Shown here: positions 40,213 through 50,054 of the stretch, piece after piece
Numbering within the stretch: the first letter of the stretch is position 1
Layout: every line of letters begins with the position of its first letter
From: a virus
Length of the DNA stretch: 64,000 bases
IMG/VR virus record: IMGVR_UViG_3300027861_000011
Coordinates: 96,001-160,000 of that record
Reading direction: 5' to 3' (one strand)
Program-made: the position numbers and the translations under genes
The notes under the pieces: model-generated
Told to the model about the DNA's origin: nothing
What the model saw: only the letters and a program-made list of their open reading frames with translations
The model's database searches: none

Positions 40213-41472
40213 ATGAAAAAAATATTATTATATTTTATATTGATTATGGCTGTAGGTATGGCTGGAATAGTGGCTTATGTATCAGTTAGTGGTCTATTAA
40301 AAGTGTTTACTGGAGCTGGTACCCTAGGGCTTTTATTGTTCTCATCAATAGAAATTTCTAAAATTATTGCTACGTCAGCTATACACACCTATAGTAACCG
40401 AATAGGTTGGTTCTACAAATTACTTCTATCGTTAGGTATATTAATCGCTATGGTTATTACATCGATGGGTATATACGGATTCCTATCATCAACATATAAG
40501 GAAAGCTTCAGTAAGTTTGAAAATATGAATTCTCAAATAGAATTGCTTGAAAAAAAGAGAGATGGTTACCAAGAACAATTTAATTATGTAATCGAGGAAA
40601 AGACATCAGTTAATACAACTATTAATGAATTAAGTTCTGGTCTATCAAACAATGTTATTCAATATAGAGATGAAGTAAGTGGTGAAATAATAACAACAAC
40701 TTCATCATCAACTAGACGAGCTCTTGAGAAACAATTAGATAATGCAATCATAAGACAAAATGGCCTTAATGTTAAAGCGGATTCAATAGGAGCACTAGTT
40801 TTTGACCTGGAAAACCAAATACTTGAAACTAAGTTAGGTGATGAAACATCATCAGAGTTAGGTCCATTAAAATATTTAGCAGAGGTAACTGGTAAATCAA
40901 TGGATGAAGTAATGAAATGGTTTATACTTCTTTTAATCGTTATAGGTGACCCTATGGCAGTTCTTATGGTTATAGTATTCAATAAAGTTATTAATTATAA
41001 TAAATACGATAGACCAAAAGAACTTTTAAAACCTATAATAACCACCTCTAATGACTCATCAACAAATCTACATTCAGAAATAATAGAGGATAGTATAGAA
41101 GTTAATAACGAACCAGAAGAGGAACCAATAAAAGAGGAACCAATAAAAGAGGAATTACAAGTTTATATTGCACCAGAGGCTATAGAACCAGAGGTAGAGG
41201 CTATAGAACCAGAGGTAGAGGTTATAGAACCAGAGGTAGGGGTTATAGAACCAGAATTCGAGGTTCCAGATGAAATTATAGTTACTAATATTAAATCTAA
41301 ATCAGATAAAATAACATTAGATGAAATTAAAGAGGTTAAAGAACGTGAAAGAGGTTTCTCAGTAACAATACCCTCTAGAAAAAATAAAAGTAATACCGTT
41401 AGTAGAATAGGTAGTAATAAAGAAGTTAGAGATAGTGATAACAATACTATTTATTTTAAAAGGAGAAGATGA
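40213..41472 (+). CDS. Multi-pass membrane protein with coiled coil and repetitive acidic tail
   Basis: Three N-terminal hydrophobic segments, coiled coil, fourth hydrophobic segment ending at GDP, E/P/I-rich tail. Confidence 0.7.
   Translation: MKKILLYFILIMAVGMAGIVAYVSVSGLLKVFTGAGTLGLLLFSSIEISKIIATSAIHTYSNRIGWFYKLLLSLGILIAMVITSMGIYGFLSSTYKESFSKFENMNSQIELLEKKRDGYQEQFNYVIEEKTSVNTTINELSSGLSNNVIQYRDEVSGEIITTTSSSTRRALEKQLDNAIIRQNGLNVKADSIGALVFDLENQILETKLGDETSSELGPLKYLAEVTGKSMDEVMKWFILLLIVIGDPMAVLMVIVFNKVINYNKYDRPKELLKPIITTSNDSSTNLHSEIIEDSIEVNNEPEEEPIKEEPIKEELQVYIAPEAIEPEVEAIEPEVEVIEPEVGVIEPEFEVPDEIIVTNIKSKSDKITLDEIKEVKERERGFSVTIPSRKNKSNTVSRIGSNKEVRDSDNNTIYFKRRR
41119..41265 (+). repeat. Two tandem arrays: 15-bp (EEPIK) at 41119-41154 and 21-bp (EAIEPEV) x4 at 41176-41259
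   Basis: gaggaaccaataaaa x2+; gaggctatagaaccagaggta x2 plus two variants. Confidence 0.9.
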
Positions 41473-42083
41473 TAATTGATGATGAAACACATAAATTGAG
41501 TAAAGATAATTTTATTCAACAAGGTACTAAGAAAACTAGGATAATAATAGGTAATAGTTTCACGAGTGGTATGAAACATTGTATTGGTTGGGTGAATAGA
41601 TGGAATGGCAACTACACTAAGACGGCAATGTTTACAATAGATATCAAAGGTAAGGTATTCCAACACTTCTCCCCCATATACTTTTCAAACTTTTTAGGTG
41701 ATGAAAAATTAAAAGAAAGTAGTATAACAATACTGTTAGAGAATGAAGGTTGGTTAACGAAAGATTTAAGTGATGAAAATAAGTACATTAACTATATCGG
41801 ACATATTTATAATAGAAAGGATTCAGTTTTTGAGAAAAGGTGGAGAAACCATACGTATTGGGCACCATATACTAATAAACAAGAAGAATCACTTTATAAT
41901 TTAGTTAAGGAATTATGTAATGAATTTGATATCCCTTTAAAAGTGATACCTCACAACACTAATTTTTATGACGCTTATGATTATGAGGGGGTTCTTTATA
42001 GGAGTAATTTTGATAAACATCATACTGACATTAGTCCAGCTTGGGACTGTCTTTCTTTTAAAAATAAAATAGAATTAAATTAA
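41469..42083 (+). CDS. Amidase_2-fold protein lacking Zn-binding histidines (pseudo-amidase)
   Basis: Aligns by eye with the endolysin at 49137 but HHT reads GNS and THTN reads YRSN. Confidence 0.6.
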   Translation: MIIDDETHKLSKDNFIQQGTKKTRIIIGNSFTSGMKHCIGWVNRWNGNYTKTAMFTIDIKGKVFQHFSPIYFSNFLGDEKLKESSITILLENEGWLTKDLSDENKYINYIGHIYNRKDSVFEKRWRNHTYWAPYTNKQEESLYNLVKELCNEFDIPLKVIPHNTNFYDAYDYEGVLYRSNFDKHHTDISPAWDCLSFKNKIELN

Positions 42084-42088
42084 TAATT

Positions 42089-42607
42089 ATGAGTAACGAA
42101 CACGACATAACAAAAATGATGCTTGAGACAATTAGATTTCAAACATCAAAAAATAAGAGATTTATTACAGAGAATGAGGAAATGGGCACGACTGATGTGC
42201 CAGTTGTTGGTTCTGACGTTGAAGTAGATGCTGAAACTGAAGAAATGGGTGCTGAAGTAGACACAGAACAAGAAGGTACTGAAGGTATTGAATCAAGTTC
42301 TGATGTAAATAGTCAAGAAGCTAAGGAAGAAGAAAGTAAATTCATGGACACGGTAACACCTAGAGTTACATTCACATCATTCAAGGTTTATCCAGATACG
42401 GCAAATGTAGAGTTTTCTGGTAAGTTCGATAACGGTATTGAATGGCAAATGTCTAAAACAGATGGTCTTTTCTTAAATACATCTAATATTGAATTAGATG
42501 ATGAAATACTAATATTACTTAAGAAATTAAACGGTTATTATGTAAATTGGACAGATGAATGGTCAAAGAAGATGAACACTGAGTATAAAAAGAGTGATGA
42601 GGAATAA
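42089..42607 (+). CDS. Acidic hypothetical protein
   Basis: 172-aa ORF with E-rich linker after FITE. Confidence 0.55.
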   Translation: MSNEHDITKMMLETIRFQTSKNKRFITENEEMGTTDVPVVGSDVEVDAETEEMGAEVDTEQEGTEGIESSSDVNSQEAKEEESKFMDTVTPRVTFTSFKVYPDTANVEFSGKFDNGIEWQMSKTDGLFLNTSNIELDDEILILLKKLNGYYVNWTDEWSKKMNTEYKKSDEE

Positions 42608-42959
42608 AATAGATATAAAGATTATATTTATTCTAATATTAGCTATTGGTTTAATTCTTAGTTTAATCTTTAGACCATCCAAAGGTATTGACATACATAA
42701 AGATGAACTTAAACAATTAGAATTAGATAATAAGATTTTAAAAAATGAATATGATAGTATAAAGCTTGATAACGAAAAGTTGAATCAAGAAATACAAATA
42801 TTAATAATAAGTATTGACAGTACTGAATCCGTACTAATTGATACTGAAGGTAGATTAAACGATTTAGAAAATGAAGACAGTAAAGTTTCTGATTATGTTA
42901 GGGATTTGGATGCTGATGGCATCTCAAGGTCTCTCACAGAATTCCTCAACAAACAGTAA
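42594..42959 (+). CDS. N-anchored membrane coiled-coil protein (i-spanin-like topology)
   Basis: Hydrophobic aa 9-25 then coiled coil; overlaps the next ORF by 89 nt. Confidence 0.5.
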   Translation: MMRNKIDIKIIFILILAIGLILSLIFRPSKGIDIHKDELKQLELDNKILKNEYDSIKLDNEKLNQEIQILIISIDSTESVLIDTEGRLNDLENEDSKVSDYVRDLDADGISRSLTEFLNKQ

Positions 42960-43344
42960 TAGAGTAAGAACTATTATTACAAGTGCTGGTGATACATTAG
43001 TACAGATGCACTACGAGGACGCTAGAACCCTTTTAAAGTTCGTTCTACATTGTGAGTACAGTGATAGTATTTTATCCGTTTATAAGGAACGAGACAGCCT
43101 TAATACAAGAACAATCACACTCCAGAAAGAAGTATTAATGAAAATGGGTAAAGAAAAGTTAAATCTTGAGGTTATGTTATCTAATTTAGATGAGATAATT
43201 CTTAATAAGGAAAAAGCCCTACTTTTAAAGGATAATACTATTAAACAACAAAAGAAAGAGATTAGAAAACAAAAGTTTTTAAAGATATTGGGTTTCACTG
43301 GCTCAATAATATTACCTATAGTGGTATTAATAGCAATGTTATAA
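42871..43344 (+). CDS. Signal-peptide-bearing coiled-coil protein with C-terminal hydrophobic segment
   Basis: MKTVKFLIMLGIWMLMASQGLSQ leader; ILGFTGSIILPIVVLIAML terminus. Confidence 0.5.
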   Translation: MKTVKFLIMLGIWMLMASQGLSQNSSTNSNRVRTIITSAGDTLVQMHYEDARTLLKFVLHCEYSDSILSVYKERDSLNTRTITLQKEVLMKMGKEKLNLEVMLSNLDEIILNKEKALLLKDNTIKQQKKEIRKQKFLKILGFTGSIILPIVVLIAML

Positions 43345-43622
43345 TGGGGAGTAATCACATGCACAATATGTTAAGAACATCAAAACAGAAGTACGAAATT
43401 CCAGAGTATGACCCACAAACTGGGGAAATAAATCCATATTGGAATGAATTAATAACAAAGGAAAAGGTAGAAGGTATCACCAACCAACCAGATGCTATTA
43501 ATATGAATGAAATGTCATTAGATATCTTAGTTGATATGCTTGAGGAAAAATACACACTTCAATCAATAGGTGATGGTTTTGCTATAATGAAGTTAGTAGA
43601 ATTCTACAGAAAAAATAAATAA
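43344..43622 (+). CDS. Hypothetical protein
   Basis: 92-aa ORF coupled to the previous stop. Confidence 0.45.
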   Translation: MGSNHMHNMLRTSKQKYEIPEYDPQTGEINPYWNELITKEKVEGITNQPDAINMNEMSLDILVDMLEEKYTLQSIGDGFAIMKLVEFYRKNK

Positions 43623-43643
43623 AATGGTATTAGTATTTTAAAG

Positions 43644-43664
43644 AACTCATTAATGGGTTTTTTT
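43644..43664 (+). terminator. Weak intrinsic terminator
   Basis: aactcat-taa-tgggtt followed by a T tract. Confidence 0.55.
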
Positions 43665-43676
43665 GTTATTATTTTA

Positions 43677-43689
43677 TATTTATAATAAA
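43677..43689 (+). promoter_or_regulatory. Putative phage late-promoter motif TATTTATAATAAA
   Basis: Exact 13-mer 22 nt before ATG 43699; five exact copies in the window at a similar offset. Confidence 0.7.
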
Positions 43690-43698
43690 AGGTAAAAG

Positions 43699-43953
43699 AT
43701 GAAAGATTTAATTAGACAACGTTTAAATGAAGAAATGAACAAATCTGACGTAAAGAGTGAGGTTAAGAAATATATGGATTCTTCTGACTTTAAAGTAAAG
43801 GTTGAGAAGATAGTTAAAGATAGAATTAAAAACGATAAAGTATTAGAAGATAAGGTGGTGGAAATATCTAAGAATGTGTTAAGTCAATTATTCAAACAAT
43901 TATGGGTTAAGAGGTCAGCATATATTAATGGCATAACAAATAAAGCTAATTAA
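43699..43953 (+). CDS. Small putative head-associated protein
   Basis: MKDLIRQRLNEE leader; follows the late-type motif. Confidence 0.5.
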   Translation: MKDLIRQRLNEEMNKSDVKSEVKKYMDSSDFKVKVEKIVKDRIKNDKVLEDKVVEISKNVLSQLFKQLWVKRSAYINGITNKAN

Positions 43954-43954
43954 G

Positions 43955-45778
43955 ATGAAGAAGATAAAAATAAACGAAACTCAAGCTAATATGCTTAAAG
44001 AAATTGGGGTATCAAAAGTACTTAAGGTAACCCAAGAACAATACAATAGAATTGTTGAGATGGAGCAATTAAGTGAAAAAATTGATTTAGTTAGTAATGA
44101 AGGTGATAACTTCGATATAATTAAAACCGACACTGATTATTATATTAGTAATAGAACAACAAATTATAACCCAAAAGACACTGCACATATTGGCAGCATT
44201 CAAGAAATAGGTAATGATAAGAAAAAAATATGTATTATGGCTGATAGAGCATTTGAACTTTTTGAAGAAATGGGGTCAGATGGAAATAAACAGTCCGACT
44301 TTGAAAACTTAGAAGCTAGAGCTATTTTTAAAACACCATTTATCTCTGCTTGTAAAAGCAATATATCTGAAAAATTTATATCCAATCCAGCTCACCCAAT
44401 ATCTATGTCTTTTCGTAGGGAACTAGATGAAGCTAAAACTAGCGTAAGAGAAATGTATGAAGAATTCGTTAATGAACTTTATAATGTTAACGAAGGTGGT
44501 GAAAGAAAATACGAAAGTCTTATTAGTCTAATGGAAACTGTAGGACTTATTGAAAATAGAAGAATTAAAAAAGAATCATTTAGAAATGACAAAGCTATTG
44601 TTGAAAAAGTAATAAGTGCTGGTCTTCACGAAATTAGTAATGGTGGTAGTAAGTATAAAGCAATGGAAGCTATTGAAGAAGCATTAAGAAAAGGCCCAAC
44701 TGGCATTGACCCTAATGTAGATGTTGAGCCTAGCTTTGTAAGTTCTAAAACTGGTACATCACCAGAAGCGTTATTACAAAAGATTAAGGATGCGAGAGCA
44801 GAGTCAAATAGGTTAGTAACTAAGAATGATATTGAAAGAGATAGAATGAATAGTAAAATGGTTTATGACCCAGAATCTAAAGATGTTCGAGATGAAGCTG
44901 TTGATGCTTTAGTTGATGGAATGAAAGGTGACCAACAAGAAATGAAGAAGGAAACTATTACTAAGATAAAGGAAGAAGGTAATAGAGATAATTGGAAAGG
45001 TGATGAGATACTAAATCACCCAATGTTAGCTAAGTTACCAACAGATGTTATGAAGGCAGACAATAGTATTTATTTTAAATTACCAAGTCTTGATGGTGGA
45101 CATTCAGCTACACTTGCTACACATATAGGACATGTTATGGATTGGATTAGTGACTTAAAGAGTATTGTTCAAGAAATTCCAGTAGTTGATTCTGAAATGA
45201 ATGTATTGAATAAGGGATACGTAGGTAGAGATATTGAAAAACTTAGAGCAATTTCTAACCATGAAAGGGAGTATGGGGACAGAAAGTTTAATACTGACGA
45301 AACAACTGCTGATTCATCTGGACAATCAACTGGTCCTTTAGGAGGTCCATCACATAAATCAAATGTGGTATCAAACCTTGATGTTGACGAAATGACATCT
45401 ATGGGTGGTACAAATGGTGTGGGTGGTTTACAAGCTAATGGAAATAGTATGGCATATGATGCACCAGGACTTAAGAAGAATAATTTTATGATGGCTGGGA
45501 ATAAAGAAAATAAATCTGAGAGTGTGATTGATAATACTAATGAGGAAATTACAGAAGATGCTTTTAGTAGTACACAATATCCAGGCGGTACAATAGTAAC
45601 ACCAAAAGAGAAGTGTAAAAAATTCCCTTACTGTGATGAAGGTCCAGGAAACTTCGATGAAAAGAAGACAAAAGAATCAGTAATATCAAACGATACTAAT
45701 GTATATGAAACGATAGCTAAAAAGACTGGTAGAACTATTAGTGAGATAAAAGAAATAATAGAAAATAGTATTAATTAA
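43955..45778 (+). CDS. Putative head-internal/scaffold-type protein
   Basis: 607 aa, charged, repeated (I/L/V)-x-E motifs (INE, LSE, ISE, VNE, ITE). Confidence 0.45.
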   Translation: MKKIKINETQANMLKEIGVSKVLKVTQEQYNRIVEMEQLSEKIDLVSNEGDNFDIIKTDTDYYISNRTTNYNPKDTAHIGSIQEIGNDKKKICIMADRAFELFEEMGSDGNKQSDFENLEARAIFKTPFISACKSNISEKFISNPAHPISMSFRRELDEAKTSVREMYEEFVNELYNVNEGGERKYESLISLMETVGLIENRRIKKESFRNDKAIVEKVISAGLHEISNGGSKYKAMEAIEEALRKGPTGIDPNVDVEPSFVSSKTGTSPEALLQKIKDARAESNRLVTKNDIERDRMNSKMVYDPESKDVRDEAVDALVDGMKGDQQEMKKETITKIKEEGNRDNWKGDEILNHPMLAKLPTDVMKADNSIYFKLPSLDGGHSATLATHIGHVMDWISDLKSIVQEIPVVDSEMNVLNKGYVGRDIEKLRAISNHEREYGDRKFNTDETTADSSGQSTGPLGGPSHKSNVVSNLDVDEMTSMGGTNGVGGLQANGNSMAYDAPGLKKNNFMMAGNKENKSESVIDNTNEEITEDAFSSTQYPGGTIVTPKEKCKKFPYCDEGPGNFDEKKTKESVISNDTNVYETIAKKTGRTISEIKEIIENSIN

Positions 45779-45797
45779 CTTTTTACTAAAAACTTAG

Positions 45798-45810
45798 TAT
45801 TTATAATAAA
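45798..45810 (+). promoter_or_regulatory. Putative late-promoter motif TATTTATAATAAA
   Basis: Exact 13-mer 23 nt before ATG 45821. Confidence 0.7.
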
Positions 45811-45820
45811 CGCAATAATT

Positions 45821-47692
45821 ATGAACAAAAATATAATTAAACAACATCTTAGTAAGACTTTTATATCTGAAGATACAGCACATAAAGCAACTAGTGAAAC
45901 AAAGAAAGTTCAAGACCTCTCAGGAGCGACAAATAAGGATGCAATGAATAATGTTGCAAAAGAAATGAAAGACTATGATAAGTCTTCCAAAGAATCTGAA
46001 AAAGAAAATGCAGATTCTGTAAAGAAATACGAAAACGATAATAAACAAGATGAGTTACATGATTTAGGTGAATTACAAAATGGTAGCCTTGCAGCTACTA
46101 AGTACGGTAACGAGCCTGGTAAGGATTTTGAAGCTATGCAAAAAGCTGCAATTACTGGTACTGACTCTAAACTAGGTAATAGTAAGGACTATGCTAATGT
46201 AATACCAGCTGACCAAGCTGGATTCACTGGGCCAGAGTTCGGTGAGAACTTATATAGTGATATTAAAAAATCTGCTAAACTTAGAGCTGACGCTGAAAGT
46301 AAATATAATAGATTATCAACTGGGGTTAGTGGTGCTGATTTCGATGATAAAAAAATAAATGAACCTAAAAAGATTAATGAAGGTTTAAAGCCAGATAATA
46401 TTGCGTTAATTAAGAAATGGGTTGATGAACTTGGTTGTAGAAAAGCGGGAATAAAGTTAATTGATACGTTTCTAAATAAAATGATAGCCATGTCAAGCTC
46501 AGATTTAGGTGACACGTATATTTTTGTAGATGGTTTGGATGCTGTAGAGGAAGACCTAATTGTTGGTGAATATGATAATGCATTTGATAATGCCAAAGAA
46601 ACAGCAAGAGAAATGATTGCTGATGAATTTGGTACATTAACTGGAGGTATAAAACATTTTAATGAAAATAAAGTAATAAAAAAAGAAAAAATGAAAAGAC
46701 TTGTATTTAACAAACCATTCAACGGTGTAACGAACGCATTAAATCTTATTCCAGAATCTTATAAAATTAATAATAAAGAATTTCACATGACTGATGGTGA
46801 TGAGAAATATGAAATCAGATGGGAAGGAAACCTTAATGAAGGTAAAGCTATCATTACTAAAGCGTCCGATAAGACGATTATGAATGAGGACATGGTACAG
46901 ATGAAACATCTTATGGGATATAAATCAGAGAATACTCTTGGTAACCTTAAAGGTTCCGAAAGAATTAATGAAAACGCATCATTCAATGATATATGGAATA
47001 AAACTAAAGGACTATTAAATGAAGATGAACAAGAAGTACAGAGAATTAAAGATTATTTGATAAAAAAAATGAGTGTTGATGGAATTGATAAAAGAGAATT
47101 CTTAATGAAGTTTTTAAAAGGGCAAGCACCTGTTGGGTATAATGGTCGTGAAAGAATGGAAGATAGAACTACAGCTGCTAAATCTTTATTAAATGCGTTA
47201 GATTCAGAATCTTACGAAGAAAACCAAACATTAAGTGAATCTTGGGAATCAGAATACTTAAGCAACACTCTATTCAAAAAGTTAGAGGATGAAAAAGGTG
47301 TAGGAAGAGGTAGTGACGAAGGTCGAAAACTAGTAAAAAACGTATTGGACCCCTTTGAAGTTGAGATGAATAAATTTAAAAAATTCATCACAAAAAGTTA
47401 TAATAACCCCGATGAGAACGAGGTAAAGCGTAAGCTAAAAGGTGAGATTGAAAGAATAGTAAACGGTGGTAAAGAATTAGGAATAGAAGAAGATGTGATG
47501 ATGGATGCTATTATTGGACAAATATATTCTGAATACTTTAATAGAGGTAGTGGTTCTTTCGTAAGGTTATATGATAGTAACCATGTCATGTTTATGTTAA
47601 ATGTCGTAAAAGAGGTGTTAGTAGAGCTACAATATAACGATAAAACATTTGGTATTACATCAAGAATTGATAGATATTTAAAATCAGCCTAA
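45821..47692 (+). CDS. Modular putative head-internal protein
   Basis: ISE/INE/LNE/LSE-delimited segments; shares two modules with the next ORF. Confidence 0.5.
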   Translation: MNKNIIKQHLSKTFISEDTAHKATSETKKVQDLSGATNKDAMNNVAKEMKDYDKSSKESEKENADSVKKYENDNKQDELHDLGELQNGSLAATKYGNEPGKDFEAMQKAAITGTDSKLGNSKDYANVIPADQAGFTGPEFGENLYSDIKKSAKLRADAESKYNRLSTGVSGADFDDKKINEPKKINEGLKPDNIALIKKWVDELGCRKAGIKLIDTFLNKMIAMSSSDLGDTYIFVDGLDAVEEDLIVGEYDNAFDNAKETAREMIADEFGTLTGGIKHFNENKVIKKEKMKRLVFNKPFNGVTNALNLIPESYKINNKEFHMTDGDEKYEIRWEGNLNEGKAIITKASDKTIMNEDMVQMKHLMGYKSENTLGNLKGSERINENASFNDIWNKTKGLLNEDEQEVQRIKDYLIKKMSVDGIDKREFLMKFLKGQAPVGYNGRERMEDRTTAAKSLLNALDSESYEENQTLSESWESEYLSNTLFKKLEDEKGVGRGSDEGRKLVKNVLDPFEVEMNKFKKFITKSYNNPDENEVKRKLKGEIERIVNGGKELGIEEDVMMDAIIGQIYSEYFNRGSGSFVRLYDSNHVMFMLNVVKEVLVELQYNDKTFGITSRIDRYLKSA

Positions 47693-47725
47693 TGAAAATT
47701 TAGTATTAAAAAAAAAAAGAAAAAA

Positions 47726-49051
47726 ATGAAAAAAGCTACATTTAAAAAACCATTTAATGGTATGAACAACGCTTTAAAGCTTATTCCAGAATCTTATAAG
47801 ATTGATGGTAATGAATTTGAAGTAACAGATGGAATCGAATCTTACAGAGTAAGATGGGATGGTTCTTTAACTGAAGGTAAAGGCGCTATACTTATAGCTT
47901 CTGATGAGAAAATGATTAATGAAGATATGGATAAGATTAAACACCTTATGAACTTCAGCTCAAAAGAGACTCTTGGCAACCTTAAAGGTTCTGAAAGAAT
48001 TGATGAAGACAAATCATTTAAAAACGTATGGGGTAAAACTAAAAAGATTTTATCTGAATCAAAAGAAGATAGAGATGTCATCAATGAAATGGATGGTGGA
48101 TACGGATTCACAAGTGAAAACAATTTCAATGGTAATGAAATCGAAGTAAAAGAGATTAAAACAATGGACATGCCAGGTAGTAATAACTTAGTTGGTGAAA
48201 TGGATGATGCTGGTGGTGGTGTTATGAGTGTTGCTGAGATTAGAAAACAAATGAAAGATTTGCTTTACACTTTAAATAAAGCAGATTTTACAGCTAAAGA
48301 GAGAATGGTTGTTGGTCTTCTAATAGATATGATTAAACAACTTGGTGGTGAGGAAGACTCTTTCAGTCCAAGATTACTTAGTAAACTAAAGTTAGTACAA
48401 CAGGCAATTAACGATAAAACCCCAGAGTCAGAAGAATTTGCTGGTGATGGTACTGATAATGGTTCCACTGAAGCACAACCAGGTGAAGCACCAATGGGAG
48501 AAGGTTCAATTAACGAAGGTTGTAAAGAAGATTGTGAAGAAGATTGTGAAGACCATATTAATATAAAAAAATCGGAAATTATAGCTGCTAAATTAGGAGA
48601 TGAACAAAAGGAAATATCTAAGAGTGCACAACCAACATCTGGTCCAAATGAATCAATTGAAGAAACCGATAGATTTAATGAAATATTTGAAGGTATGTAT
48701 GAATCTGACATTAAACCAGTAAAAAAAAAATTACTAACTGAAAATGGTGAAATGTGGGATAGAGATGCATCACACAGAGATGATAGCGGATATAATGACT
48801 TTGACCCATCAGACCCGTCAATGGCTGGTGATAACGATATGGGTGATGATGAACTAATTGACAAACAAGCCAGAGAATTACTTATCAGTGCAATGGCTGA
48901 AGAAGGTCTTAATGATAATCCACTAGCAAGACACACAACTTTCTACGTTGATGGGTTAAACAATATAACTGCTATGTTATATGATGGTAGAGATGAAGAG
49001 GCTAGACAACATGCTGGAGCAATTGCTAACCAAATTACTAATTTATTTTAA
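47726..49051 (+). CDS. Modular putative head-internal protein, paralog of the upstream ORF
   Basis: aa 1-111 align without gaps to 46691-47023 (KPFNG..NAL.LIPESYKI...TLGNLKGSERI). Confidence 0.55.
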   Translation: MKKATFKKPFNGMNNALKLIPESYKIDGNEFEVTDGIESYRVRWDGSLTEGKGAILIASDEKMINEDMDKIKHLMNFSSKETLGNLKGSERIDEDKSFKNVWGKTKKILSESKEDRDVINEMDGGYGFTSENNFNGNEIEVKEIKTMDMPGSNNLVGEMDDAGGGVMSVAEIRKQMKDLLYTLNKADFTAKERMVVGLLIDMIKQLGGEEDSFSPRLLSKLKLVQQAINDKTPESEEFAGDGTDNGSTEAQPGEAPMGEGSINEGCKEDCEEDCEDHINIKKSEIIAAKLGDEQKEISKSAQPTSGPNESIEETDRFNEIFEGMYESDIKPVKKKLLTENGEMWDRDASHRDDSGYNDFDPSDPSMAGDNDMGDDELIDKQARELLISAMAEEGLNDNPLARHTTFYVDGLNNITAMLYDGRDEEARQHAGAIANQITNLF

Positions 49052-49074
49052 TTAAAAATAGTTAATAATAAAAT

Positions 49075-49104
49075 AAAAAAAGCCCTACTAATAGGGCTTT
49101 TTTT
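49075..49104. terminator. Intrinsic terminator
   Basis: aaaaaaagcccta-ctaa-tagggcttttttt perfect inverted repeat. Confidence 0.85.
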
Positions 49105-49115
49105 ATTTATGGATA

Positions 49116-49128
49116 TATTTATAATAAA
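49116..49128 (+). promoter_or_regulatory. Putative late-promoter motif TATTTATAATAAA
   Basis: Exact 13-mer 21 nt before the endolysin ATG. Confidence 0.7.
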
Positions 49129-49136
49129 AGAAAGAT

Positions 49137-50018
49137 ATGGTGTTGAAGAAAGGTTCAAAAGGGAAAGAAGTAAAAGAATTACAAGAGTTTTTAGCAATAT
49201 CCGCTGACGGTGATTTCGGTCCAAACACAGAGAAACATGTTAAAAAATGGCAGACTGAGAATAATTTAACACCCGATGGTATAGTAGGCCCTAAAACATG
49301 GGATGCTATGGGATTAGCCACCACAGATAATTCTGAATTATCATATATAACAGAAAATGGGTTAGAGGTAGAAAGATACCTTTTACCTAAAGGTGAATAT
49401 AAATCTGGTCCCACAAAGAAAGAATATTTATTTCTGCACCATACGGCTGGTTGGCAAAGCCCATATAAAACAATTGACAGTTGGGGTAGAGATGATAGAG
49501 GTACTATTGCAACTGAATTTGTAATGGGAGGGCAATCTGTTAAAGGTAATGATAATAAATATGATGGAAAGACACTCCAATGTATGCCAGAGGGTGCTTA
49601 TGGTTGGCACTTAGGTAAGAACGGTTCACAACATATGCACACACACTCAGTAGGTATTGAAGTATGTAATTTCGGTTATATTGAGAACGGTAAAACATAT
49701 GCTGGAACAACAGCAGACAAATCACAAATAGTTACACTTAATGAAGAGTTTAGAGGTCACAAGGAGTGGCATAAGTATTCCGATATGCAAATAAAAGAAT
49801 TACAAAAGTTTATACTTCATATAGCATCTAGAGATAATATAGACGTAAGAGCTGGCCTAGTTGAAGCTATTAAGAAAAATGGTGCTGGTGGATTTGATTT
49901 TAATAAAGATGCTTACTATGGTAAGGTAAAGGGCATGTGGACGCATACCAATACAAGAAAAGATAAATCAGATATGTTCCCTCAACAGGAGTTATTAGAT
50001 ATGTTATTAAGTTTATAA
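49137..50018 (+). CDS. Endolysin: peptidoglycan-binding domain plus N-acetylmuramoyl-L-alanine amidase
   Basis: LKKGSKG..V..LQ..L....DG.FGP.T...V..WQ....L..DGIVGP.TW (PG_binding_1); HHTAG, SVGIEVCN, THTN..KDKSD (Amidase_2). Confidence 0.9.
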   Translation: MVLKKGSKGKEVKELQEFLAISADGDFGPNTEKHVKKWQTENNLTPDGIVGPKTWDAMGLATTDNSELSYITENGLEVERYLLPKGEYKSGPTKKEYLFLHHTAGWQSPYKTIDSWGRDDRGTIATEFVMGGQSVKGNDNKYDGKTLQCMPEGAYGWHLGKNGSQHMHTHSVGIEVCNFGYIENGKTYAGTTADKSQIVTLNEEFRGHKEWHKYSDMQIKELQKFILHIASRDNIDVRAGLVEAIKKNGAGGFDFNKDAYYGKVKGMWTHTNTRKDKSDMFPQQELLDMLLSL

Positions 50019-50054
50019 TATTTATTTTTCCATTGTATGTAGTATATTAACGTT

